The notes beneath the pieces were generated by a model that did no database searches, had not been told where the DNA came from, and saw only the letters and a program-made list of their open reading frames with translations. DNA of 64,000 bases from Bilabrum cf. latius (Eukaryota): the NCBI GenBank assembly GCA_965178125.1, contig OZ237762.1, positions 186,001-250,000 of the forward strand, read 5' to 3'. Position numbers and translations under genes: made by a program. Below, one piece after another: positions 1 to 12,212 of the stretch. Position 1 is the stretch's first letter. Each line of letters opens with the position of its first letter.

Positions 1-1008
1 GTACGGGTTGCCGTTGCCGTCGGGCACACAGCTCGTCCTGCTCGTGTTCCAGAGCATGTACTCGTAGTTGCTGAGGGAGACAGAGGAGGCAAAGGGGCTG
101 GGCCCGAATCGCAGAGGGCTAGGGGGGGCGGGCCACTGCGGCTGCGGCTGCGACGAAGTAGATGGAGATGGAGATGGAGCTAGGGCAGGCCCTTGGGCCG
201 GGGCTGGCTACCTGCGGGGGGCGAGGGCGAGTGCGGCTGCGGCTGCAAGTCTCTGGCGATGGTCCTGACTGCCGGCCTGCACGGCGGGTTGTGCCCCCGG
301 ATAGTGCTCTGCAATCACCTCCCATATGGCCAGGTTGAAGTACGTGGCGGTCCGGTTCAGCATGTAAGAGTTCCAGACGTGGTAGTTTGAGCTCTGCCGG
401 ATGCTCTGCCAGAGATAGTCCGGCTAGGACTCGTTGAATTCCATGCCTTCGTCCTGCAGAGCAGTTTTGATCTCGGGCCAGCGCTGGTCTATCTGGATGT
501 AGAGGGCGCGCTGCTGCTTGCACTCGATCGAGGGACCCGGGTTGTCAAACAGCGGCCAGTTGGACAGCCATATCTCGGCATCGACGACGAAACGGTCTAA
601 TTCTCCTCCTATAGCAGAGTAGTTGCCAAAGAACTGCTCGAATCGCCGACGAACTTCGGATACCCCATTGTCCCACCACACCCCCGTGAATGTAGAATAC
701 TTGCTGGAACAGTTGGTCTCCGGCGGGAAGATGTTGTCGGCAGGTGAGTCCTCAATGCCCCTGTGGTACGTCCATGAGAACAACGTCTTCGCGAATGGCA
801 TGGCATCCGTGGCGTTTTTGGCCTCCAAAGCTGCCTGAGTGAAGTTGCTCTCATCTTTCAGCCAATGGAAGTACTGCACCGGCTTGCACTCGTCCCCGCA
901 CCCTGCAGGCGCGCTGGCAGGGGACCACGAGTCGCCAAAAAATTGATGGGGTCGGCATGCGCCTCCCAATGCGGCTCCAAGGATCGCGAAATGGAGAGAG
1001 GCATGCAT
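1..1008 (-). CDS. Hypothetical secreted protein, running off the left window edge
   Basis: ATG at 1008 gives a signal-peptide-like start (MHASLHFAILGAALGG). The frame continues past TAG at 424-426 and one more TAG near 208 to base 1 with no TAA/TGA. Confidence 0.6.
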
Positions 1009-1256
1009 GTCGGAGCCTGCTTGAGCCAGTAAATAGTAAAAAACAAAACAAAAAACATTATCAGCATTGTGGCAAACAGTATACTTAAATTTAGGCAGAC
1101 TTGCAGATGCTCTCACGCATTCTTGTGCTCGAAGCGTGCGCTAGTCGTCCCCCGCTGCACTGCAGCGGAACCTCCCCGGGAACTTCGGGCTGTGGCGGAC
1201 AACGGGCCGAACCGAAAATTGGGCTCGGGCAGGGGCGCCGTCCGATAGATAGACTA

Positions 1257-1385
1257 GTCCGCCATCTCAAAGTGCACGCGGCTCTCCAGCCCCAAGACAC
1301 GCACCCTCTCCTCCGCCCACTCCTTCTGCTCTCGGCTCAGGGTGATCCCCGTCACGCTCAAGCCGGGCACCATCAGCGGCATGCA
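1257..1385 (-). pseudogene. Short truncated duplicate of the CFA-synthase 3' region
   Basis: Encodes VPGLSVTGITLSREQKEWAEERVRVLGLESRVHFEMAD, matching 12724-12836; the similarity stops at about 1257. Confidence 0.75.
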
Positions 1386-2940
1386 CGGTGCACATGTGCT
1401 TCTTGAGATGACCTGCCTCCCCAAACCGCTTACCGCACACCCCGCACTCGTGATTGCGCTCCCCACCATGCACCACGGACAAGTGCTTCTTGAGAGTGCC
1501 TGTCCGCCCGAACCGCTTACCGCACACCCCGCACTCGTGATTGCGCTCCCCACCATGCACCACGGACAAGTGCGTCTTGAGATGGCCTGCCTCCCCAAAC
1601 CGCTTCCCGCACACCGCGCACTCGTGATTGCGCTCCCCACCATGCACCACGGACAAGTGCTTCTTGAGATCGCCTGCCCGCCCAAACCGCTTCCCGCACA
1701 CCCCGCACTCATGATTGCGCTCCCCACCATGCACCACGGACAAGTGCGTCTTGAGAGTGCCTGTCCGCCCGAAGCGCTTCCCGCACACCAAGCACTCGTG
1801 ATTGCGCTCCCCACCATGCACCACGGACAAGTGTCTCTTGAGATGGCCTGCCTTCCCAAACCGCTTCCCGCACACCAAGCACTCGTGATTGCGCTCCCCA
1901 CCATGCACCACGGCCAAGTGCGTCTTGAGATTGCCTGCCTGCCCAAACTGCTTCCCGCACACCCCGCACTCGTGATTGCGCTCCCCACCATGCACCACGG
2001 ACAAGTGCGTCTTGAGACTGCCTGCCTCGCCAAACCGCTTCCCGCACACCCAGCACTCGTGATTGCGCTCCCCACCATGCACCACGGCCAAGTGCCTCTT
2101 GAGACTGCCTGCCTACCCGAACCGCTTACCGCACACCAAGCACTCGTGATTGCGCTCCCCACCATGCACCACGGACAAGTGCGTCTTGAGATGGCCTGCC
2201 TGCCCAAACCGCTTCCCGCACACCCCGCACTCGTGATTGCGCTCCCCACCATGCACCACGGACAAGTGCTTCTTGAGATGACCTGCCCGCCCAAACCGCT
2301 TCCCGCACACCCCGCACTCGTGATTGCGCTCCCCGCCATGCACCGAGGACAAGTGCGTCCTGAGATGGCCTGCCTCACCAAACCGCTTCCCGCACACCAA
2401 GCACTCGTGATTGCGCTCACCCATGTGCACCACTGACACATGCCGCCTCAGGCTCGACATCGACCCCATCACCTTACCACACACCTCGCACATACACTCA
2501 ACCACAGCCACAGCCCCACCTGCCTCTCTCCGCCGTCTCTTTGAAGCAACCTAGATCCCCACCGCGGTACCCAGCCCAGAATCGGATCGCTGTCCCCGTC
2601 GGCTCCTGCCGCGCTTCTGGCCCAATGTGGCGGCTTCGGTGTCATTGACAGCGCTTGATACGTCCACAATGCGACTTGATGAAGAGATGCTGCCAGTAGC
2701 AACAGTGTCCGATGGCAGTCTGGCAGACGCTGCAGCGCTGCTCGCGCCAGACTCGGACCGGGCCCCTTGCTGCATAGCCACTGATTTCGCCGATCCACTG
2801 CTCCATTGCGCGTGTCCAATACCAAATGCTGGCTACTACGCTTCTGAACATCCAGGCTAGTCGTCATCGCTTCCGCTGCCACAGCTGCTGGAATCGCTCA
2901 CAAGATCAATCACTTCGGGGGCCACACTTCGGCTCGACAT
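1267..2940 (-). CDS. C2H2 zinc-finger array protein, copy 1 (13 fingers)
   Basis: Start MSSRSVAPEVIDLVSD. Contains 28-aa units HECxVCGKRFGxxGxLKxHLSVVH. One frame through TAGs at 2857, 2833-2838 (two in tandem), 2551 and 2113; ends TGA at 1267. Confidence 0.85.
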
Positions 2941-3449
2941 CAGCCCAGAGCAACTCAAGCTATCAGTCAAAGGATGCACCAATGCCACAGAGAACAAGAC
3001 TCTACGACAGATCCACACAAGAGGCAGACAGTACGATGCACCAGGCCAGGTGGAGTAAAGCACGAACGAACAAGTCGGATCGATCGCTTCAAACGGCAAC
3101 ACACACTCCGGCACCAGCTCAATCACAGTGATCCCCAAAAGCCAACAAAAAGGCTTCGAAGGTATCTACGCGACTCAAACCTCGAAAGCTGCCGAATGAG
3201 CCGAGCGACTGCTCGCCTGCGGCACCATCACCACTGCCAGCCTGAGGGGCGCCGCGCACTGTGGCAGAGGGAAAGATGCAAGGCGATACCGAGCCTGGCA
3301 CAGGTATCGCGGCCCAACACACCCTACATCACATACTTCATAAACGAAACTTCCAATGCAACGATGCCATCCACAGCCCATCCGACTCCATCCATCCCCT
3401 CACCTAATCCACATCCACATCCCCATCCACACAAACATCCCACATCCCC

Positions 3450-4085
3450 TCACTCCTCCGCGCCCCCCGGGAAATCGAACACAAGCACGTGCAGCCCAAG
3501 CGTCCTGCTCTGGAACCCGGCCTCGCAGTACACCAGGTAGTAGTTCCACAGACGGATGAACGCATCATCGAAGCCCAGCCCCCTCACCTCATCCAGCCTG
3601 CCGTTGAAGTTGCGCCGCCACACCCGCAGCGTCTCGGCGTAGTGCAGCGCCCTGTTCTCGCACGCGTGCAGCATCAGCCCGGACCGACTCGCCATCGCGT
3701 CCAGGAGCGCGCGCAGGGACGGGCAGCAGCCCCCGGGGAAGATGATCGTGTTGATGAAGTCCGCGCACCGGATGTACTCCTCGTACCTCGCCTCGGGCAT
3801 CGTGATGGCCTGCAGCACCAGCCGGCCCGTGGGCTGCTTCAGCAACCGACCGCACGCGCCCATGAACGTCCCCAGGTGGTTGTGCCCCACGGCCTCCACC
3901 ATCTCGCAGCTCAACACGCGGTCAAACTCGCCCTCGTGCGCTGCGGCAAACTCCCGGTAGTCCGCCATCTCAAAGTGCACGCTGCTCTCCAGCCCCAAGA
4001 CACGCACCCTCTCCTCCGCCCACTCCTTCTGCTCCCGGCTCAGGGTGATCCCCGTCACGCTCACGCCGGGGACCATCAGCGGCAT
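3450..4085 (-). pseudogene. Duplicated C-terminal fragment (211 aa ORF) of the CFA-synthase-like methyltransferase
   Basis: Nearly identical to 12213-12836, but lacks the SAM-binding motif I (VLDIGFGWG) present in the full gene. Confidence 0.8.
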
Positions 4086-5388
4086 GCACGGTGCTCATGT
4101 GCCTCTTGAGATCGCCTGCTTCCCCAAACCGCTTCCCGCACACCGCGCACTCGTGATTGCGCTCCCCACCATGCACCACGCCCAGATGCTGCTTGAGATC
4201 GCCTGCCTTCCCGAAGCGCTTCCCGCACACCCCGCACTCGTGATTGCGCTCCCCACCATGCACCAAGGCCAAGTGCTTCTTGAGATGGCCTGCCTCCCCG
4301 AAGCGCTTCCCGCACACCCCGCACTCGTGATTGCGCTCCCCACCATGCACCACGGACAAGTGTCTCTTGAGATGGCCTGCCTGCCCGAAGCGCTTCCCGC
4401 ACACCACGCACTCGTGATTGCGCTCCCCACCATGCACCACGGACAAATGTCGCGTCAGATCAGCTGCCCTGCCATACCGCTTCCCGCACACCAAGCACTC
4501 GTGATTGCGCTCCCCACCATGCACCACGGACAAGTGAGTCTTGAGATGGCCTGCCTCCCCGAACCGCTTACCGCACACCAAGCACTCGTGATTGCGCTCC
4601 CCACCATGCACCACGGACAAGTGCGTCTTGAGATGGCCTGCCTCCCCGAAGCGCTTCCCGCACACCAAGCACTCGTGATTGCGCTCCCCACCATGCACCA
4701 CGGACAAGTGAGTCTTGAGATTGCCTGCCCGCCCGAACCGCTTCCCGCACACCCCGCACTGATGATTGCGCTCCCCACCATGCACCACGGACAAGTGCCT
4801 CTTGAGACTGCCTGCCTCCCCGAAGCGCTTCCCGCACACCCCGCACTCGTGATTGCGCTCACCCATGTGCACCACTGACACATGCCGCCTCAGGCTCGAC
4901 ATCGACCCCATCACCTTACCACACACCTCGCACATACACTCAGCCACAGTCACAGCCACAGCCACAGCCCCGCCTGCCTCTCTCCGCCGTCTCTTTGAAG
5001 CAACCTAGATCCCCACCGCGGTACCCAGCCCAGAATCGGATCGCTGGCCCCGTCGGCTCCTGCCGCGCTTCTGGCCCAATGCGGCGGCTTCGGTGTCATT
5101 GACAGCGCTTGATACGTCCACGATGCGACTTGATGAAGGGATGCTGCCAACAGTGTCCGGTGGCATTCTGGCAGACGCTGAAGCACTGCTCGAGCTAGAC
5201 TCGGACCGGGCCCCTTGCTGCATAGCCACCCTTTGCGCCAATCCACTGCTCCATTGCGCGTGTCCAATACCAAATGCTGGCTACTACGCTTCTGAACATC
5301 CAGGCTAGTCGTCATCGCTTCCGCTGCCACAGCTGCTGGAATCGCTCACAAGATCAATCACTTCGGGGGCCACACTTCGGCTCGACAT
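3970..5388 (-). CDS. C2H2 zinc-finger array protein, copy 2 (10 fingers)
   Basis: Same architecture as copy 1. In-frame TAGs at 5305, 5281-5286 and 5005; ends TGA. Confidence 0.85.
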
Positions 5389-5864
5389 CAGTCCAGAGCA
5401 ACTCAAGCAATCAGTCAAAGGATGCACCAATGCCACAGAGAACAAGACTATACGACAGATCCACACAAGAGGCAGACAGTACGATGTACCAGGCCAGGTG
5501 GAGTAAAGCACGAATGAACCACAAAGATCGATCGCTTCAAATGGCAACACACACTCCGGCACCAGCTCAATCACAGTGATCCCCAAAAGCCAACAAAAAG
5601 GCTTCGATGGTAGGTATCCACGCGACTCAAACCTCGAAAGCTGCCGAATGAGCCGCGTGGCTGCTCGCCTGCGGCACCATCACCACTGCCAGGGGCGCCG
5701 CGCACTGTGGCAGAGGGAAAGGTACAAGGAGATACCGAGCCTGGCACAGGTATCGCGGCCCAACACACCCTACATCACATACTTCATAAACGAAACTTCC
5801 AATGCAACGATGCCATCCACAGCCCATCCGGCTCATTCCATCCCCTCACCTAATCCACATCCCC

Positions 5865-6500
5865 TCACTCCTCCGCGCCCCCCGGGAAATCGAACACAAG
5901 CACGTGCAGCCCAAGCGTCCTGCTCTGGAACCCGGCCTCGCAGTACACCAGGTAGTAGTTCCACAGACGGATGAACGCATCATCGAAGCCCAGCCCCCGC
6001 ACCTCATCCAGCCTGCCGTTGAAGTTGCGCCGCCACACCCGCAGCGTCTCGGCGTAGTGCAGCGCCCTGTTCTCGCACGCGTGCAGCATCAGCCCGGACC
6101 GACTCGCCATCGCGTCCAGGAGCGCGCGCAGGGACGGGCAGCAGCCCCCGGGGAAGATGATCGTGTTGATGAAGTCCGCGCACCGGATGTACTCCTCGTA
6201 CCTCGCCTCGGGCATCGTGATGGCCTGCAGCACCAGCCGGCCCGTGGGCTGCTTCAGCAACCGGCCGCACGCGCCCATGAACGTCCCCAGGTGGTTGTGC
6301 CCCACGGCCTCCACCATCTCGCAGCTCAACACGCGGTCAAACTTGCCCTCGTGCGCCGCGGCAAACTCCCGGTAGTCCGCCATCTCAAAGTGCACGCTGC
6401 TCTCCAGCCCCAAGACACGCACCCTCTCCTCCGCCCACTCCTTCTGCTCCCGGCTCAGGGTGATCCCCGTCACGATGAAACCGGGCAACATCAGCGGCAT
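5865..6500 (-). pseudogene. Duplicated C-terminal fragment of the CFA-synthase-like methyltransferase
   Basis: Same as 3450-4085, offset by 2415 bp. Confidence 0.8.
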
Positions 6501-7803
6501 GCACGGTGCTCATGTGCCTCTTGAGATCACCTGCCCGCCCGAACCGCTTCCCGCACACCAAGCACTCGTGATTGCGCTCCCCACCATGCACCACGGCCAA
6601 GTGCGTCTTGAGAGTGCCTGTCCGCCCGAACCGCTTACCGCACACCCCGCACTCGTGATTGCGCTCCCCACCATGCACCACGGACAAGTGCTTCTTGAGA
6701 TGGCCTGCCTTCCCAAAGCGCTTCCCGCACACCAAGCACTCGTGATTGCGCTCCCCACCATGCACCACGGACAAGTGAGTCTTCAGATTGCTTGCCTGCC
6801 CAAAGCGCTTCCCGCACACCCCGCACTCGTGATTGCGCTCCCCACCATGCACCACGGAGACGTGCTTCTTGAGAGTGCCTGCCTCGCCAAAGCGCTTCCC
6901 GCATACCCCGCACTCGTGATTGCGCTCCCCACCATGCACCACGGACAAGTGCTTCTTGAGACTTCCTGCCTACCCGAACCGCTTCCCGCACACCAAGCAC
7001 TCGTGATTGCGCTCCCCACCATGCACCACGGCCAAGTGCTTCTTGAGATGGCCTGCCTGCCCAAAGCGCTTCCCGCACACCCCGCACTCGTGATTGCGCT
7101 CCCCAACATGCACCACGGACAAGTGCCTCTTGAGATCGCCTGCCCGCCCGAAGCGCTTCCCGCATACCCTGCACTCGTGATTGCGCTCCCCACCATGCAC
7201 CACGGCCAGGTGCCTCTTGAGATGGCCTGCCTCACCAAACCGCTTCCCGCACACCCCGCACTCGTGATTGCGCTCACCCATGTGCACCACTGATTCATGC
7301 CGCCTCAGGCTCGACATCGACCCCATCACCTTACCACACACCTCGCACATACACACAACCACAGCCACAGCCACAGCCCCACCTGCTTCTCTCCGCCGTC
7401 TCTTTGAAGCAACCTAGATCCCCACCGCGGTACCCAGCCCAGAATCGGATCGCTGTCCCCGTCGGCTCCTGCCGCGCTTCTGGCCTAATGCGGCGGCTTC
7501 GGTGTCATCGACAGCGCTTGATACGTCCGCAATGCGACTTGATGAAGGGATGCTGCCAGTACCAACAGTGTCCGATGGCATTCTGGCAGATGCTGAAGCG
7601 CTGCTCGAGCCAGACTCGGACCGGGCCCCTTGCTGCATAGCCACCCTTTGCGCCGATCCACTGCTCCATTGCACGGGTCCAATACCAAATGCTGGCTACT
7701 ACGCTTCTGAACATCCAGGCTAGTCGTCATCGCTTCCGCTGCCACAGCTGCTGGAATCGCTCACAAGATCAATCACTTCGGGGGCCACACTTCGGCTCGA
7801 CAT
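6385..7803 (-). CDS. C2H2 zinc-finger array protein, copy 3 (10 fingers)
   Basis: Same architecture. The TAG at 6970 sits at the position where sister fingers have CAG, GAG, AAG or CGG. Confidence 0.85.
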
Positions 7804-8279
7804 CAGTCCAGAGCAACTCAAGCAATCAGTCAAAGGATGCACCAATGCCACAGAGAACAAGACTATACGACAGATCCACACAAGAGGCAGACAGTACGAT
7901 GTACCAGGCCAGGTGGAGTAAAGCACGAATGAACCACAAAGATCGATCGCTTCAAATGGCAACACACACTCCGGCACCAGCTCAATCACAGTGATCCCCA
8001 AAAGCCAACAAAAAGGCTTCGATGGTAGGTATCCACGCGACTCAAACCTCGAAAGCTGCCGAATGAGCCGCGTGGCTGCTCGCCTGCGGCACCATCACCA
8101 CTGCCAGGGGCGCCGCGCACTGTGGCAGAGGGAAAGGTACAAGGAGATACCGAGCCTGGCACAGGTATCGCGGCCCAACACACCCTACATCACATACTTC
8201 ATAAACGAAACTTCCAATGCAACGATGCCATCCACAGCCCATCCGGCTCATTCCATCCCCTCACCTAATCCACATCCCC

Positions 8280-8915
8280 TCACTCCTCCGCGCCCCCCGG
8301 GAAATCGAACACAAGCACGTGCAGCCCAAGCGTCCTGCTCTGGAACCCGGCCTCGCAGTACACCAGGTAGTAGTTCCACAGACGGATGAACGCATCATCG
8401 AAGCCCAGCCCCCGCACCTCATCCAGCCTGCCGTTGAAGTTGCGCCGCCACACCCGCAGCGTCTCGGCGTAGTGCAGCGCCCTGTTCTCGCACGCGTGCA
8501 GCATCAGCCCGGACCGACTCGCCATCGCGTCCAGGAGCGCGCGCAGGGACGGGCAGCAGCCCCCGGGGAAGATGATCGTGTTGATGAAGTCCGCGCACCG
8601 GATGTACTCCTCGTACCTCGCCTCGGGCATCGTGATGGCCTGCAGCACCAGCCGGCCCGTGGGCTGCTTCAGCAACCGACCGCACGCGCCCATGAACGTC
8701 CCCAGGTGGTTGTGCCCCACGGCCTCCACCATCTCGCAGCTCAACACGCGGTCAAACTTGCCCTCGTGCGCCGCGGCAAACTCCCGGTAGTCCGCCATCT
8801 CAAAGTGCACGCTGCTCTCCAGCCCTAGGGCACGCACCCTCTCCTCCGCCCACTCCTTCTGCTCCCGGCTCAGGGTGATCCCCGTCACGCTCACGCCGGG
8901 GACCATCAGCGGCAT
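8280..8915 (-). pseudogene. Duplicated C-terminal fragment of the CFA-synthase-like methyltransferase
   Basis: Same as 5865-6500, offset by 2415 bp. Confidence 0.8.
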
Positions 8916-10563
8916 GCACGGTGCTCATGTGCCTCTTGAGAGTGCCTGTCCGCCCGAACCGCTTCCCGCACACCAAGCACTCGTGATTGCGCTCCCCACC
9001 ATGCACCACGGACAAGTGCGTCTTGAGAGAGCCTGCCTTCCCGAAGCGCTTCCCGCACACCCCGCACTCGTGATTGCGCTCCCCACCATGCACCACGGAC
9101 AAGTGCTTCTTAAGATGGCCTGCCCGCCCGAAGCGCTTCCCGCACACCAAGCACTCGTGATTGCGCTCCCCACCATGCACCACGGCCAAATGCGTCTTGA
9201 GAGTGCCTGCCTCACCAAAGCGCTTCCCGCACACCCCGCACTCGTGATTGCGCTCGCCACCATGCACCACGGACAGGTGACTCTTGAGATGACCAGCCTG
9301 CCCAAAGCGCTTCCCGCACACCCCGCACTCGTGATTGCGCTCCCCACCATGCACCACGGACAAGTGACTCTTGAGAGTGCCTGCCTTCCCGAAGCGCTTC
9401 CCGCACACCAAGCACTCGTGATTGCGCTCCCCACCATGCACCACGGACAAGTGCTTCTTCAGATTACCTGCCCGCCCGAAGCGCTTCCCACACACCCCGC
9501 ACTCGTGATTGCGCTCCCCACCATGCACCACGGCCAAATGCCTCTTCAGATTACCTGCCCGCCCGAAGCGCTTCCCGCACACCCCGCACTCGTGATTGCG
9601 CTCCCCACCATGCACCACGGACAAGTGCCTCTTGAGATGGCCTGCCTTCCCGAAGCGCTTCCCGCACACCCCGCACTCGTGATTGCGCTCCCCACCATGC
9701 ACCACGGACAAGTGACTCTTGAGAGTGCCTGCCTCCCCGAACCGCTTCCCGCACACCAAGCACTCGTGATTGCGCTCCCCACCATGCACCACGGACAAGT
9801 GCTTCTTGAGAGTGCCTGCCTTCCCAAACCGCTTCCCGCACACCCCGCACTCGTGATTGCGCTCCCCACCATGCACCACAGCCAAATGCGTCTTGAGAGT
9901 GCCTGCCTTCCCGAACCGCTTCCCGCACACCCTGCACTCGTGATTGCGCTCCCCACCATGCGGCACGGCCAGGTGCCTCTTGAGAGGGCCTGCCTCCCCG
10001 AAGCGCTTCCCGCATACCCAGCACTCGTGATTGCGCTCACCCATGTGCACCACTGATTCATGCCGCCTCAGGCTCAACATCGACCCCATCACCTTACCAC
10101 ACACCTCGCACATACACTCAGCCACAGTCACAGCCACAGCCCCGCCTGCCTCTCTCCGCCGTCTCTTTGAAGCAACCTAGATCCCCACCGCGGTACCCAG
10201 CCCAGAATCGGATCGCTGTCCCCGTCGGCTCCTGCCGCGCTTCTGGCCTAATGCGACGGCTTCGGTGTCATCGACAGCGCTTGATACGTCCGCAATGCGA
10301 CTTGATGAAGGGATGCTGCCAGTACCAATAGTGTCCGATGGCATTCTAGACGCTGCAACACTGCTCGAGCCAGACTCGGACCGGGCCCCTTGCTGCATAG
10401 CCACCCTTTGCGCCGATCCACTGCTCCATTGCACGGGTCCAATACCAAATGCTGGCTACTACGCTTCTGAACATCCAGGCTAGTCGTCATCGCTTCCGCT
10501 GCCACAGCTGCTGGAATCGCTCACAAGATCAATCACTTCGGGGGCCGCACTTCGGCTCGACAT
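8800..10563 (-). CDS. C2H2 zinc-finger array protein, copy 4 (14 fingers)
   Basis: ATG at 10563. In-frame TAGs at 10480, two more just downstream, and 10177; 14 fingers; ends TGA at 8800. Confidence 0.85.
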
Positions 10564-12212
10564 CAGTCCAGAGCAACTCAAGCTATCGGCCAAAGGATGC
10601 ACCAATCCCACAGAAAACAAGACTATACGACAGATCCAGACAAGTGGCAGACAGTGTGACGCCCCAGGCCAAGTGGAGTAAAGCACGAATGAACCACAAA
10701 GATCGATCGCTTCAAACGGCAACACACACTCCGGCACCAGCTCAATCACAGTGATCCCCAATGACCAACAAAAAGGATTCGATGGTAGGTATCCACGCGA
10801 CTCAAACCTCGAAAGCTGCCGAAGAATCTGAAATCTCTGAAATCTGATTTAAGGTCAAGCATAACCGAACAATGGGTGCTGCGCAAAGACAGCATGACCA
10901 TGACGGTGGACTTTCGTCCGCAACCGTATACAGCGAGGCAAGCCCCACTGCACCGGCCCTAACAAGATCCCACACTCCCCACTCCCTCACCTCACTCTCC
11001 GCGAGCCACGAAACACTCACCACCCCACAAACACTCTCTCTGTTCGCCATAAATGGCCTCCCCATCCATCTAGTGCCTCGCTGGTTATAGCCCACACGCT
11101 CCTACCTGACATACCCTGTCTCCTGATATGCCTCCACATCTTCACCACTCCTCCGGAATAGGTCCCGAACAATCCTGCTCACGGGCAGAACCCCTCAGTG
11201 CTGCCGATCTCTCATAAGACAGCCCATCGACAGCCCAAATAAGACACACCCACCCAGTGCCCCTTGCTTCAGCCCACCTGGCGGAATCCCCAACCCGGCC
11301 AAGTGCCTCTCGCCCCTGTTACCCCGCACCACAATCTCCGCGGTCTCCGCGCAACCTGCAACGCATCAACCGCACGTTCCTTCTTGGTTTTCCTGGTCCC
11401 CTTGAAAACCTTCACTCGCTCACCTTTCCTCCGTTATAGGTGCTACACGAACTTCCTGTGCAGCAGTTGCTCTCTCCCTTGGACCTCCGCAAGCAACCTC
11501 AACAAGCCGTACTCTCCCCATCCAATGAGTACGCCCCGAACAGCAGACCTTCTCCCCCCGAGGCCCCTGCCCTTCTCGTTCTCGTGCCTAGTTTTCACTG
11601 GAAACAACTATTCTTGGCCCGTCCCAGGTTGTACCGCGAACATGCATCTCGCGCCAAGTCTTGTCACGGCAAGCGTTTTCGGCACAAAACTCTCACGCAT
11701 GTCCGGCGCCAAACTCGCGCCTCCAAAGACATAAACTATGAGTAATTTGTGAAAGTAAATGCCCACCCCGCCCGAATTCGCGCCCCAACCAAGACAAGGA
11801 GAACGGATGCACATCCAACGGCTATCAACCGATTGGCGCCAACCCTCCCACCGATCAACAGGCAGCTACTCTACTCACTTTCCCACCACGATTACTTTGC
11901 CCCACACATCACAAGTAATAGCCGGGAATTGCAAGCCCACCTCGCATGCACCCCAGAGGCAACGAGAACGGCAATAGAAGAACCCGAGCGACTGCTCGCC
12001 TGCGGAACCATCACCACTGGCAGGGCGCGCCGCGCACTGTGGCCGCCGCAGAGAGAAAGGTGCAAGGAGATACCGAGCCTGGCACAGGTATCGCGGCCCA
12101 ACACACCCTACATCACATACTTCATAAACGAAACTTCCAATGCAACGATGCCATCCACATTCACATCCACATCCCCATCCCCATCCACACCCACACCAAC
12201 ATCCACATCCCC

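Noticed and set aside
1342-10056. Long + strand ORFs (ALVIALPTMHHGQ repeats) and the alternative - frames (MVGSAITSA repeats)
   Set aside because: These are shadow frames of the zinc-finger minisatellite, kept open by high GC and repetition.
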